DNA of 56,224 nt, counting the filler, from Bipalium vagum (Eukaryota): the NCBI GenBank assembly GCA_037834085.1. It is 3 parts of 3 records of this genome, joined end to end, with 100 filler letters (N's around TTAATTAATTAA, not from the genome) between each part and the next. Parts side by side here need not be neighbours in the genome. Positions count along the whole stretch, not along the records: positions 17,194 to 40,439 come from JBBMKC010211816.1; 2 more parts are not named here. The stretch is one strand, 5' to 3'. A program made the translations under genes and the position numbers. The notes beneath the pieces are model-generated. The model made no database searches and was not told the DNA's origin. It saw only the letters and a list, made by a program, of their open reading frames with translations. Shown piece after piece: positions 25,401 to 37,709 of this stretch (position 1 is its first letter; every line of letters begins with the position of its first letter).

Positions 25401-27913
25401 ACTGATTTCTTTACCCTTGACATTTGTTGGAAAATAAAAATAAATCGAAGAAACTCCAGGTTGGTTTAACTGTGCTTAACATTATAAATAATTTTCTCCA
25501 CTGCGGTCAAAAAATATTTTTATTTATTTATTTATATTTTTTCCGCTATAAATAAAAAGCAAAGTTCACATATATAATAATATATCCAATAATCAGTACG
25601 TAATAATCAATAATAATTAATTTTTTTCCCATATTAAATTTCAATAACGAAATATATTTTAATCGATTAAATATTTCGACTAAAATTAAAACAAAAACCA
25701 CGAAAATAATTTAATGGAATTAAATCAAAAAGTACTTCGATTAAAACAACAACAACAAAAATTCCGAAAGATTATTATTAATAATAATAATATTATTACT
25801 ACTTTGATTTGCTAATGACAATTTTGGTGACAAACGAATCCCCAGAAAATGTGAAGCATGAATAACAAAAAATAATCCAACGCAAATTTCCAATGAAAAC
25901 AATTTCAAAATTAAAAATTTATGAAGCCACAAAAAATATCGGAAAAATTTCTTTTTTTATTTTAAAAATAATAAATTTTTATCGATTTTTCCCCACAATG
26001 TTCCGTTACTCATTCATTCCCTGGCAAAAGAAGACGGTAGAAAATAATGTCATTTTGCTTTGGACTTTGGGGAAAATATTCCCACTCTCTGAAACGGAAC
26101 TTTTCTTAATAATCCCGATTGGAAAAAATTGAAAAAAGGAACTTGAGAAAGAGTTGTGAACAATCGGAACTCTGATTCCACAAGTTTCTTTTAATAGATC
26201 AAGGAACAAAATCGAAAGAGATGTTCGAAAAGAAATCAGATTCCCGATCATTGGTAAATGTGGTCTATCGAAACGCCAGGGACTTAAGATAGACCGTGAA
26301 CCAATAGAATATAATAACTATGGAAACCGATCATCGATGACTCACTCATTCCAACGGCGATTATCCTTCTGCTCACAGGCATTGTTCAATCGATATTTCA
26401 GGTCAAGACACAATTTGAGTAATGGAGCCAATGGAAATGACTTTTGATACTATTTCCCGTCTTTTTTATTGGATGAGATAAAATATCGATTCACACAAAA
26501 ATTTACACAAATTAAGAAAGGTTAAAAATGTTGTCGTCACTGAAATAAACACCTGGACAGTACTACTGATAATGATTTTTTTACCCATACACTTAACAAT
26601 CAGCACACGAGGGATCTTATCACAAAACTTATCTGGGTTTCGGTCGTGTATTTGGTATTTTCTCTAACGGTCGGTCAACTATCGCACATATGAGAGAGAC
26701 TGGTCGATGAAGTGGTCGTCACCAGAACATTCTGCGTGAGGTCAAGAAATATCACGTCGAAAACCCGGACAAATTGGTCGATAATCAATTTGATTGTACT
26801 GGAAAGAACTCCAAGAATCGGACAATATCTCTGATTAGTGGGCCAGAATAACATATGAGGATAACAGATGGGGTAGACAGGTGAGGAAGTCACATGGGAA
26901 TCGATGACAACAGGGTCAGGTTAACAGTTCAAATGAGTTATAACTGTCCCCTGATTCACAAAAGACAATAACAAGTTCACTGTGCTATTCGATGCTGTCC
27001 ATATGGATTACCATACCACTTTCAATTCCACCGTGACCAATACTGATTGTAACATTTACCAAACATCCTCCTGGTCATGAAACATCTTCATCATCTAAAT
27101 ACTCTCCGTAACATAACCTTCTGACATAACCGTTTCCCTTTCGTCTCACGGTTCAAATTTCGTAACATGAGACCGATGGGGGACGATTTGATCACCTGTT
27201 TTGTGGATCATGATATTCGGCTCGCTAATTTTCCCAGCCCACCGGCCAACGAGAATTAAATGTACACAAAGGTGTCGATTACGTTACAAAGACGGAGTTA
27301 CGCAACGACTCGATTACGGAATCATCATCACAAATCGTGACTTTCAATAAACACAAAAATATGTGACTGTGCCGATTTGTGGGAATTCTCCCCGAAAGTT
27401 TGTTGACAAAAATATTAAAAGAATCCTTTATTGATCCGCAACAATTGGGATAAAAATATAAAAAATCATAATATTGTTTATGTTAAATCAATATATTAAT
27501 TATAAATAACTAATTAATCAATATAATCATTATTATGATTATTATTATTAATATTATTTTATTAATAATATTATTTTTTTTTATTAATATTTTATTTTTT
27601 ACATTATTTATTATTTTATATATAATAATAATATTTTATTATTATTATAATTTTAATATTATTATTAAATTGAAAATCTTTAAAAGTGATTCACGACTTT
27701 TAATTATGGTCATTTATTTATTTATTATTACAAAATTAGGCCATTTCTGACAACATTAAAACAAATTCTCACCAGTTCTTTCAGATCGTTGTGACCCACA
27801 TCGAAGTATTGAAGGTTACTTAGCAGACCAATGTTTTGGGGCAGAGACTTGATTTCGTTCTCCCTTATTTCAAGATGGCGCAGATTCACTAATCTTATAT
27901 AATTTTTATTTCC

Positions 27914-27975
<62 letters not shown>

Positions 27976-29322
27976 CGAAATAGAGAAATTTACATCGGTG
28001 AAAAATGTCAGAATTTTATTATCAGAAAAAATCAATAATATTCATTAAATATTATTACTAATAATTAAAATAATCATAAAAAATAATAAGAAAATTCTTA
28101 ATAAAAATAATGATTAATATTAATTATAATTAATCATGACTAAATATAACAAAATAAAAATTTATTTAATAAAAACGATAAAGAATAATATATTATCATT
28201 ATTTAAAGAAATATATTTTAAAATAATAATAATCAATATTAATAAAATATAATAAAAAATAATTGATAATAATAATGTTATTAATTAAATTTTATTAATA
28301 GAAGCTTTAGTAAAAACTAATAAATATTTGGTAATTATAGGTCATAAAGGTAATCAATAATAATAAAATATTATTGACTAAACAATAAATAATTCGATTA
28401 AAATTCATTAACGCTGATTAATGTTAGAAATAATAAAAAAATGATATTAATATTATTACTACTATTACTACTATTAAAATTAATAAAAATTGTTAAAATA
28501 ATAATAATAGTAATAAATAATATATGAAAGAAATGACAATATCAATCAGGTAATATAAAGAAGCACGATAAAAATCGACTGCACCTGCCAATATTCTGGG
28601 GCAAGCCCGTCAGGAAGGCGGTGTTAGCGACGAGCTCTTGCAACATGGTCATGCGGCACAATCCCTCGGGCAATCTGAAAAGACGGAAAGTCAAACACAC
28701 AGAGCCAGGACGAAAAACGCCACGTGGGAACCAGATGGGAAACGCGAGGCCGGTGCAGAAACATAAGGAGAATTATTTATCGCACAAGAAGAGTGCAGCA
28801 CCGCAAACCCGCATTGCCGATTCGGAATCGACCGGCAGCACTAAAAAAACCACTCACTCCTCAAACACGTTTCCACTGGCGTCGAGGAATGTCAGTTGGC
28901 CACAGTTGCCCAGCTTTTCCGGCAGCTCCTGGAGATCTGGAACGAACAAATGGTGATGGTAACAAAGACCAGGAAACCGTTACTGTTTTTGCTCAAGTTC
29001 AACGACGACAGATAGGACAGGTTCTCGATGGCGTCCGGGATGTGGGTGAGCTCGTTGTCGCTGAGAATCAGCTCTCGTAGCGCTTTGCAGCAAAACAATT
29101 CCTCCATTGTCACAAGAATTAAATTGAGTTCAATCGACACAATCGACTTACTTTCGTCAGCTCTGTGATGTTGTTGTTGTCCAGATTGAGCGATTCCAAC
29201 GTTCGTTCGTGGTTGAATATTTCCGGCGGAACGTGTTTCAAATATCGGCTGGAATAGTCCAGGTTGCGAACTTGGGGGTTCTTGTTCAGACAAATGCATT
29301 TGAGGAAGTTCTTCTTTTTCAT
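19414..29322 (-). CDS. ERBIN: LAP-family scaffold protein (LRRs + LAPSD + single C-terminal PDZ; Erbin/Densin-180/LET-413/Lap1 type), ~959 aa, 13 exons
   Basis: Exons (minus): 29322-29152, 29101-28984, 28936-28858, 28674-28585, 27893-27773, 23043-22969, 22899-22682, 21702-21573, 21523-21362, 21281-21063, 21019-19721, 19662-19588, 19536-19414. All GT-AG and in phase (2880 nt). Tandem LRRs (e.g. LESLNLDNNNITELTK, LRHLEIRENEIKSLP), LAPSD (AVWLNDNQIQPLVQLQSE...LVCYLLPQ), PDZ (GLGFSITGG...[36 protein letters not shown]...VEHSTAVNTLK). One PDZ excludes Scribble. Symbol denotes family, not proven orthology. Confidence 0.95.
23550..25100. repeat. Extremely AT-rich degenerate tandem array (~110-120 nt unit) in LAP intron 5
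   Basis: Motifs TTTTCGAAAA, ATATCGATTA and AATATTATTTAATAAATA recur in fixed order (TCGATT-like at about 23740, 23948, 24413, 24533, 24833). Confidence 0.6.
27914..27970. repeat. (AAT)n microsatellite, ~19 perfect units
   Basis: Directly visible; about 20 nt from the LAP exon 5 acceptor. Confidence 0.95.
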
Positions 29323-29813
29323 TGTTCACAAAACCGAAACGTGATTGTCGTTTTGGCTCAAGACAGACAAGTACGGTTTCTGACTGTTTAATTTTGGCAG
29401 TAAATTCAAACGAGTGATGGAAATTTATCGACGAGTTTGTTCCAATCGAATGTGGGATTTGTTTGTCGGTTGTTTTTCCGGGAAAATCTTGCTAAGAAAA
29501 TCGTGAATTGAAATCGGATCGTTCTCGATGTAAAAATGGCAAAACCAGCAAAGATAAAATCCGAAAATTAAAAGAATGGCTTTAAAAATTCATTTATGTT
29601 ACGATATTATGTGATCTCATTTATGCAGTAAAACAAATGTCGGTATTGTTGTAATTATTATTAAAACTTTAACATTTTTTACTTAAACGAATTTGTCTTT
29701 TTAAATGGAACAATTTTAAAATTATAATGAAGGAAAAAATGTCAAAGCAACGTTTAACATGTACTATTATAACTTTAGGATATTGCTTAATAAAATTATA
29801 CCCGTTGCTATAA

Positions 29814-30475
29814 AAATGGTACAGGAAAGAAGCATTTAAAATTTTGGGTAGAACTTCGATGTCATTGCAGGTCTTTTGTCAAGGTTATTTTAATATTTCT
29901 TATGTTTTACAATTTTTTTCAAATCTAGGGTATTTTTTTCATTAGTGGAGCGTTTTATGAGAACGCAGCGACCTTATTAGTGACCACTTTTGTTAAATTT
30001 AAATAATATACTATATAGTTACAAAAGTAAAGCTAAAATAAATATTACTTTGAGATTAAATTAATCATTTAAAACAAAAAGACCATACTGCAGATATATT
30101 GAATGAGATCGGAAAAAATATCATAGCAACATTTAAGATGTACGGAATCATCGCAAGTTCCTTTTTTAATTAAATTTATATATTGTTTAACAAATTTTAC
30201 CTTTGTTATAACAAATGGCACTGGAGAGAACTATTTAAAATTTTGGGTAGAACTTCGATATCACTGCAGGTCTTTTGTCAAGATTAATTTACAATTTATT
30301 TTAGAACCCAGACTTATAGAGTGAGTTTTTTCATTGGCGGACCGTTTTATGGGAGCGCGGTGACCTTAATTGAAACCACTTTAGTTAAATTTAAATAATA
30401 TACTATATATAGTTACAGAAGTAAAGCTAAAAATGAATATTACTTTGAGAAAAAATTAGTCATTTAAAACAAAAA
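29814..30475. repeat. Tandem direct duplication (~265-nt copies at 29814-30080 and 30212-30475)
   Basis: Shared blocks ATTTAAAATTTTGGGTAGAACTTCGAT, GCAGGTCTTTTGTCAAG, GTTAAATTTAAATAATATACTATATA and AAGTAAAGCTAAAA...TATTACTTTGAG. Period ~398 nt. Confidence 0.9.
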
Positions 30476-30518
30476 CATGTTCAATTATTTCAAATGAAAT
30501 CCAAATTAGGAATATAAT

Positions 30519-31130
30519 TACAGTTCTCGTATAAAGTCTGTTCACCCACTATAAGAAATATATCTCTTAATGGAAATGAATAAGTTCCAACTCGAAATTT
30601 ATGAAATATGTATTTAATAAGTTTAATATTTAGTAGGATATCCTTTTGACGTTTTGACCAATTACAATCTTTTGGACATGGAGGAAATTTCTTATAGAAA
30701 TTTGGAAAATGTTTATATTACTCATCTTGGACTACCTTCCATAATTCTTTAGTAGAGTTTTGTTTCAATGCTAAAAAAAACTTTTAGAATAACCCTTACA
30801 TTTTCGATGGGATTCATATCGAGAGAATTACCTGGCCAGGAGGAGACATCAATATTTTTATTTTTTTTTAAAAAGCCTGGACAACTTTGTTTCAAAGTTC
30901 AATTAATTTGTTAGAAATTCATCTGTCATACTTTGTTTGGATTTGTATATTATACCTATCGCTATAAAAACTAGGATTATTTTAAATGAAAGGGTATTGC
31001 TGTTCAGATCTTTCATGATTGTTCTTCTATATTGGCCATTGAGTTTAATAAACATTCTGAGGTCAGTAATCCCAAGGGAAACAAAACGTCCAAGACATTG
31101 CTTTGAAGGTTTCATTTCTTAAAATTCTAA
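30519..31130 (-). mobile_element. Tc1-like transposon 3' half, degenerate
   Basis: Minus strand WPGNSLDMNPIENVRVILK and SMSKRL*LVKTSKGYPTKY*. Likely TA-CAGT terminus at about 30519. Confidence 0.8.
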
Positions 31131-31349
31131 ATTGTAATTTCAAATCGAGTTATTTAATATCAAATCAATACCGGAATCTATAAAAAAATCAATAAATTGA
31201 AACTATCAACCACTTTAAAATCGACTCAGTTTATTTATTTTGATTACAATATGATATAATCATTATTTTGAACTTTTTTTAAAAGTTCAATTAATTTGTT
31301 AGACAAATTTTAATTAAACATTTAAATTAAGTTTATTCTCTCGAAGAAT

Positions 31350-31810
31350 TCGCTTATCTCTTATTTTGTTTGGTTTCCTACCGATTTGAAAAATTATTTT
31401 ATTTGCCAAAAATTTTCAGTGTCGGGTGCATAAACTGACCTTGGCATATTCAAGACTGAAGACAAACAGATAGAATATAATCGAACGGAAAACGTCAATA
31501 AAAATGGACAGGATTTTGGGCAGTTCTTCACCAAACTCATCATGAAGAATTCTTTCACAATTCCACCGAATACACAGTTAAAGCATTAAATCATGTGGAA
31601 CCAATTTGCTTATTTCCCAGTCTTTTCCAATCTGATGAATATGAAATCTTATATTATTTTGTAGACATTAAATATCAAATCAAATTCTTTACATGTTAAT
31701 GGGTCTCCTCGATCTCAGTGCATTTTCCAAATTTTCAACAATGGAACGAAACTTCTTGAACCACAAATATGCAGTGCTTTCCTTTACTGCACCTTCTTCA
31801 AATTCAGAAA
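31350..31810 (-). mobile_element. Internally deleted mariner relic (N-terminal HTH region)
   Basis: Minus strand GAVKESTAYLWFKKFRS, resembling the mariner N-terminal DNA-binding region. Confidence 0.6.
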
Positions 31811-32397
31811 AAATTCCCGATTTCCTTCTGAGGCACTACACACAAGTTTAAATTCATAGAGTAAGCAGGAAAGAATGATTGAATCTCTGTCCTTGAATTG
31901 ACTACATTGACTTCATTGATTCTCTGAATCTCTGCCATTTTGACTACCAAAAAACCTTGAATATGAGTTAATAATATTTTAAATATCAATTTACATGATT
32001 GATTTAAAGTATTTCAATAAAATTAATTGATTTTCTGAGGAATAAAAACTACTTAATGAAATGGTGATTTCATAAAACTGGCAATAACTTCATCGGACAC
32101 ATAATATGTGTACACATTCGTTTTCAAGTACATTGTGAAAATTAGGTTCCATAGAAGTGGAAACAATTTCACCTTTAGACTTATCAAATGTAAAACCAAT
32201 TTGGAAAAAAAATATGTTCAAATACAAAAAATATGAATGCTTTTCCGTTAAAATTAATGTTTTGATTTTTACAGTTCTGAAAGGGTTATGAGATAAAAAG
32301 AGGTTCCATTTAACTTCTGGTGACCAGTTGACTTAATAATCGAATAATAATTAGATTTATTTACTTTGAAAATCAGTAAATTTGAGAAAGTCTTTTC

Positions 32398-33136
32398 TTA
32401 GGCATATCTGAACCACTTTCCTAAATTTTTGTAAAGAATTGACAACGAGCTGTCGACATAAAGCGACAAGATACAAGATTTTTCTCCAAAACCAGAAAAG
32501 TAAATAGACTTGCAATATGGTGTATTTAGACATCTTAAAGAAAAGGAATTAAATTCTGAAGAAATTCAATACGTAAAAGTGAACAAACTTCATTCCACAT
32601 CCAATTTTTGTTTGAATCTTATATTCTTCATAGCATCCCTCTTCATCTTTATCATCGTTGAAGAAATTGGAAGTTTCTCCTTTATATATTCTTGATGGGC
32701 TTAAATTGAATTCTTCATAAATGCAAACATAATTTTGGAAAATCCTGCAATTAACATCTGCCAAGCCTTCGGAAAATGATGAAACACAATCTTGGTTTCC
32801 ACTGGGATCGGCATTTAACCACATTCTTACATTTTTCAATTCAGTTCCGTCAGCCTGGAGCCATCCATCTTTTTGAATTTGTCTTTCTGTAAGAAGATCG
32901 TTGATACTAGTAAAAAATTCAACATCTTTTAAGCAAATCCTTAAAAATTTGATTTCATTTTCCACCGTGAGACGTCCGTTTATGTCTCTGCAGGCTTTCC
33001 ATGAATTGCAGAAATCTTGTTTATTCTTACTTACAAATATGCAAAGCTTTTCGCAAGGTTTGTAAGGGTGTGGACAATTAGATTTCACAGACAAAAGTAA
33101 TGGAGAAAGGTAAACCAAGATTATTATCAAATTCAT
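32398..33136 (-). CDS. Secreted C-type lectin domain + C-terminal PAN/apple-like domain protein, 227 aa, 2 exons
   Basis: Exons 33136-32589 and 32533-32398 (55-nt GT-AG intron). Signal peptide MNLIIILVYLSPLLLSVKS. CTLD pattern (C..C, WKAC..INGRL, DGW..ADG, W...DPSG..DCV, LADVNC...NYVC). PAN-type GCGMKCLNTPYCKSIYF...SCILSLYVDS. Confidence 0.85.
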
Positions 33137-34699
33137 AGTTAAATAAGAGACACTTGATGGTAATTTCCTCTCTTTTTATACAATCATTGGTGACCTATCG
33201 AAGAGACACCAATAAAATTCATTTGGTATTACATATCATTTTATTAATTAATTGAGTAATTTAAAATTGTAGACAAAATGAGTGGTAATTAAAATAATAA
33301 GGTATATGTGATGTTCCTTTGAGAGTCTGTTGCATTACTACAATTTTTGAACTCATAAGGTAAAGTGTCTAATATGAGAATTAATTCCATGTTTAGACAT
33401 GTTGATGTCATCCTTATTTTAATCTTAAGAAATATTTATAAAATAAAGTAAATTCAATTCGAAATAGTTTTATCGCATAATAATAATGCATCAGAAAAAT
33501 ATCAACAACATCAATAAATGTTAATGATCTAAACAAATCCATAAAATTTCTGAATTATCTATTAATAGGCCTAAGATTAATTGATGAAGCAAATAAAATT
33601 AAAGCCCACATAAATTTTAAAAATTCAAATATTCAGCTGTTTTTGATGATGATATAAATTTCATTTCATCAGTTGAATTTAGTTTCAGTGGTCTGGATCA
33701 ATTTTTGTTCATATTTTTCGATTTGCTTTTGAAAAGTATAAGAAATAATTCAAATATATTTTTATTGTATTAATAAAATAGTTAACCTCAATTAATATTT
33801 ATTATTTTATATTTCTGAAGAAACCAAAATAATAATTTATATATATTAACATTGGAATAATCTTGTATAATTTGTTTATTATTTTTATTTTCATATACCA
33901 CTAAGAAACACGATGATGTTCGATAATGAGCTGTACCATTTTTTTGAATCTGTTCATATACTGGTAGAAGGGTTACCATAAAGCCGATAGTTGAAATTGT
34001 AAGTTTGCCTTAAAAGGCAAAAATTAGAAAAAATTATATTAATTGATATTCATAACCCCTCTCACTCATTTGTGAATTGTCAATTTATTTTCTTGTTTAC
34101 CATTAAACGCTGCAGATTAATTCCACTAGATATATGTAGAAGATATATAAAAGTAAATTAGCTATTTATAATCATTTAGTTATAATATTATGTGTACAGG
34201 AGTAATATTTGTAATTGATTGTTGTCATACATGTAATAAACAAACCCTACATCCTACACCCTAAACGCTAAACAAATACAGTTTTAACTTGCATAGAAAA
34301 CTTGAAAATTAAAAAGGAAAATAATATTTATTTATTAATATTTATATATAGTTAAAATATTTTAATAATAAATAAAAAAAAACACTTCAAAAAAACAATT
34401 TTATTTAAAAAAAAATTACATTCAAAACTGTGCAATCATTCAGAGGAATAATCACCATTCGACTCAACAATATAACGCCATCTCTTAGGCAAAGAGTGAA
34501 TTCCATCCCATATAGATAGAATATCCATAAAATAAAGACAGGCTCAGAAATTAAAGTTTTAAGACATTTTCTTTCGTTTTTCGATGTTTCGTTGAGTGAT
34601 TTTGTTTGAACAAGCTTGATTGAAATAAGTGGGAGATAAATAATCAGTTTAAAATTAAAAAATAAAAATCCACTTTAAATAAATTGTAACTCGAAGGGG

Positions 34700-35850
34700 T
34701 TGACAGTTTTTAGGGTATAATTACTTTTATTTTAACTAATGCATCTTTGTTGGGCAATTACAGAATTAAAGTTGAAGAGCGAACCAAAATCGATGAATTG
34801 AAATATAGATTTAACTTGTCCATAACAATTCAAAGAATATGGGAACGGCAAATGACTCTGATCCACAAACCAGACAAACGATCAACGCAATATTTAATAA
34901 TTTTCTCAAAACTGGGATTGCTTTGTGTGTACCAAAAGCGGACATCAGTTAAGCAGGAATGCGGAAATTTTGGATGTAAAGATTAATCAGCACTTTCATA
35001 AAAAGACAAGCACATCACTTAGACGACCGCTTAATCAATATAATGCATCACATGTCAGTAAACCAGTGATCTCCAGATTGGCTTATTCATTGATAGTAGT
35101 TGATCTGGACAGAGAAGTGGAGTATTATGAGGAATTCCTCATTCAGGAAATACAAATTTATATTCCTTAATTTGTAGAGTGACGAGGATAAATTTTATTT
35201 CGATATGTGTATGAAAAGATACAAGAATGTTAATTGGTGTTTATACAATCCTCATCTGACAATGTTGAGGTCAGTTAATTCACTTGGTTTCATGATCAAG
35301 GCCTGTATTTATACTGGTGCCTTGATTTGGGGTCTATTTCTTCTCCAGAAAATGTGACAGACACAAATTACTTGGATATATTGAAAGCTTATATTTTTAT
35401 CTGTTTTTAATCAGTTACTCCCAGCGTCCTCAATGACCTATACGTAGGTGCAATGTCTCCTTCGAACTGGTCTTTAGCAAGTCGAGAATGGCTATAGGAA
35501 AATTTTCTTGGAAACATGATTGAGAGAAGAGGAGATATTGATTAGTCAGCAAGGCCACCAGGCCTTACAACTATGAATTTTTGCGCGGGGCCATATTAAG
35601 CAAATAGTTTATTCACAACTAATTCTTTCATTGCAAGATTTGAAACAAAAAATCATTTACCAATATATACACATCAAATTTTGTGTAAAAGCTAGCTTGT
35701 CTGTTCCTGATACATTACCTCATTCCAAGAAAGTTAAAACAATATATTAAAATAAATACATTTTGTTTATGTCTTTTTTTCATATAGATTCTTTCATTCT
35801 TTTGCTATCCACCCATGAAATTGTACAGATATTTAATTAAAACCCTGTAT
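34700..35850 (+). mobile_element. Degenerate Tc1/mariner-superfamily element
   Basis: HTH-like N-terminus (34747-35170 ORF fragments), decayed D*SARPPGLTTMNF..GHIKQIVYS (WPxRSPDLTPxDFFLWG), and terminal ACCCTGTA at about 35843-35850. Confidence 0.7.
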
Positions 35851-36836
35851 GATACTGAATATTCAGTGAATCTGTAACCGAATTGTTTTATTAATATTTG
35901 TACCTGATATAGAACGGATTTGCAATTGATATTGTTAATATTTTTCTTATTGAAACAATTCTAAAAAACATAATATTACTTCTTATCTTTTCCTGTCTTT
36001 CTGTTTGTTTCCTCTGGGTTCTCAAGTGTTATGATGAAGCTATTGTGACAATAAAGGTCATGGTAAGATTAGTATAATCATTAATAATAAGCATCGTAAC
36101 AGCAATAGAATCGATGGAGAGCTTTATTTCTCCTAATTATTACGGTGTATAATGGAAAGGAATGAAATAAAGAAATTGTTTTTATTCACTTCTTCTTCAT
36201 TGTTATCTAAGCAAATTACGTTTAAATTCTCTGTCAATCTTCAATATTCAACATTTTTATAAATCAATATATTTATCTTTTTATCAAAAGAATCGATTGT
36301 GCATTGAAATATTTCATGGCAGATTGCAAAGCTGTTCTATTATAAATTTTGTATTGATTTTTGTGATTTCTTTGACGATTTTAATAAGAAAATAAGATAA
36401 AATAATTGGGACCCAGAGATTCTCTTTCATATTCAAACATATTTATTCTCTGTTGACAAATCATTGTTATAAGACGTACTTTCAAATTTTCTTTCTCTAA
36501 AATGTTACTATTATTCTGTTTAGAATTATGAAGGGAATTCAATTATTCTAATTCATATCTTATTTCGCTCATACTTACTCTCTTATTGTTCTCATGCATT
36601 ATTTAGAGACCATTGTGATAATGGTAATAATAATAATTATTATTATCATTATCATTAACAAACAACATGGGAACATAATAATCACAGGTAGAGATTTCTA
36701 TTTCTTTCTATTTTTATTATTATGAATCGCAAATAATCTTTACTTATATCCGTTGTCAAGGAATAGATTTGCTTGCCTTTCACAAATTATTATCATTATT
36801 TTTCTACTCTGGGAAATTTTAAAATTTTTTATTTCA

Positions 36837-37709
36837 ATGTTTTCAAGAATGGTTCTGATCCTTTTTCTTTTATTTTGCGTCGAAGCAAACCAAATTTACA
36901 TTCCAGTTCAATCATGTGTGTTCAACATGCAGAAGATATCCACGTCATCCGAGCTTGAGTGTGCATTTAAATGTTTCATGGATGAGTGCAAAGCCTTTCA
37001 ATTTGACATTCTTACTTCTTCGTGTCAGTTGTATGAATACCGAGAGATTTGCCAATCAAATACCGAATGTGAAAATGTCACAATACTTATCAATAATCGA
37101 TACAATGGGATGGTTTGTGGTTTTTAAATACCTTTTTATTATTTATTTCCATTTCAGTATCATTCTGATATCGAAAATATCCGGTATAAAATTTTGAAAA
37201 ATAGTTACATGAAGGTCAAAAAAATCCCTGCATTCACATATGAATTAGTGGACAAGTCTCGAAGCTCTGCCCTGGTACTTGGTGAGAATAATTTAATTAT
37301 AATGGCTATGGGGACCTATAAAAGGTCTGTAATGTTTCTTGTACTTAAATACAATCCAGAAATTGTACTGGAAAATATGTTTTCCTTCATCACAGGAAAT
37401 AATTGTACAAATCACAGAAAGTGCGGGGAAAGGTTGGACGAAAAGAATATTGAATCAGAACAAACGAATTTGATTTTTAAAATAATTTTAATGCAATTTG
37501 ACTATGAGAAATTGAAAGAGAAAATCGAAAAGCATAATTGGAACCTCATAGGTTACAGCTTTGATGAGTCCAAGAATTCTTCGTCCATGAAAAAGTTGTT
37601 ACGTCTTTATGGATTCTGTTTGACCGATTTGAAAGATGCCACAGAGTTCAGATTTCGAGATAATATCTGTAAAGATATCAGTACCAAGTCTCAAAAATGT
37701 ATTGACTGA
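36837..37709 (+). CDS. Secreted PAN/apple-domain protein with uncharacterised C-terminal region, ~275 aa, 2 exons
   Basis: Exons 36837-37112 and 37158-37709 (44-nt GT-AG intron joins the two ORF-track fragments in frame). Signal peptide MVLILFLLFCVEA. PAN pattern SELECAFKCFMDECKAFQFDILTSSCQLY. Start may be 36849. Confidence 0.8.

Noticed and set aside
27535-27750. Hydrophobic I/F/L-rich ORF resembling a membrane protein
   Set aside because: It is a translation artefact of AT-rich intron sequence.
29780-29870. Flatworm spliced-leader RNA gene (ATG|GTAC followed by AATTTTGG)
   Set aside because: The second copy has ATG|GC, the upstream sequence does not resemble spliced leaders I know, and AATTTTGG is common in AT-rich DNA.
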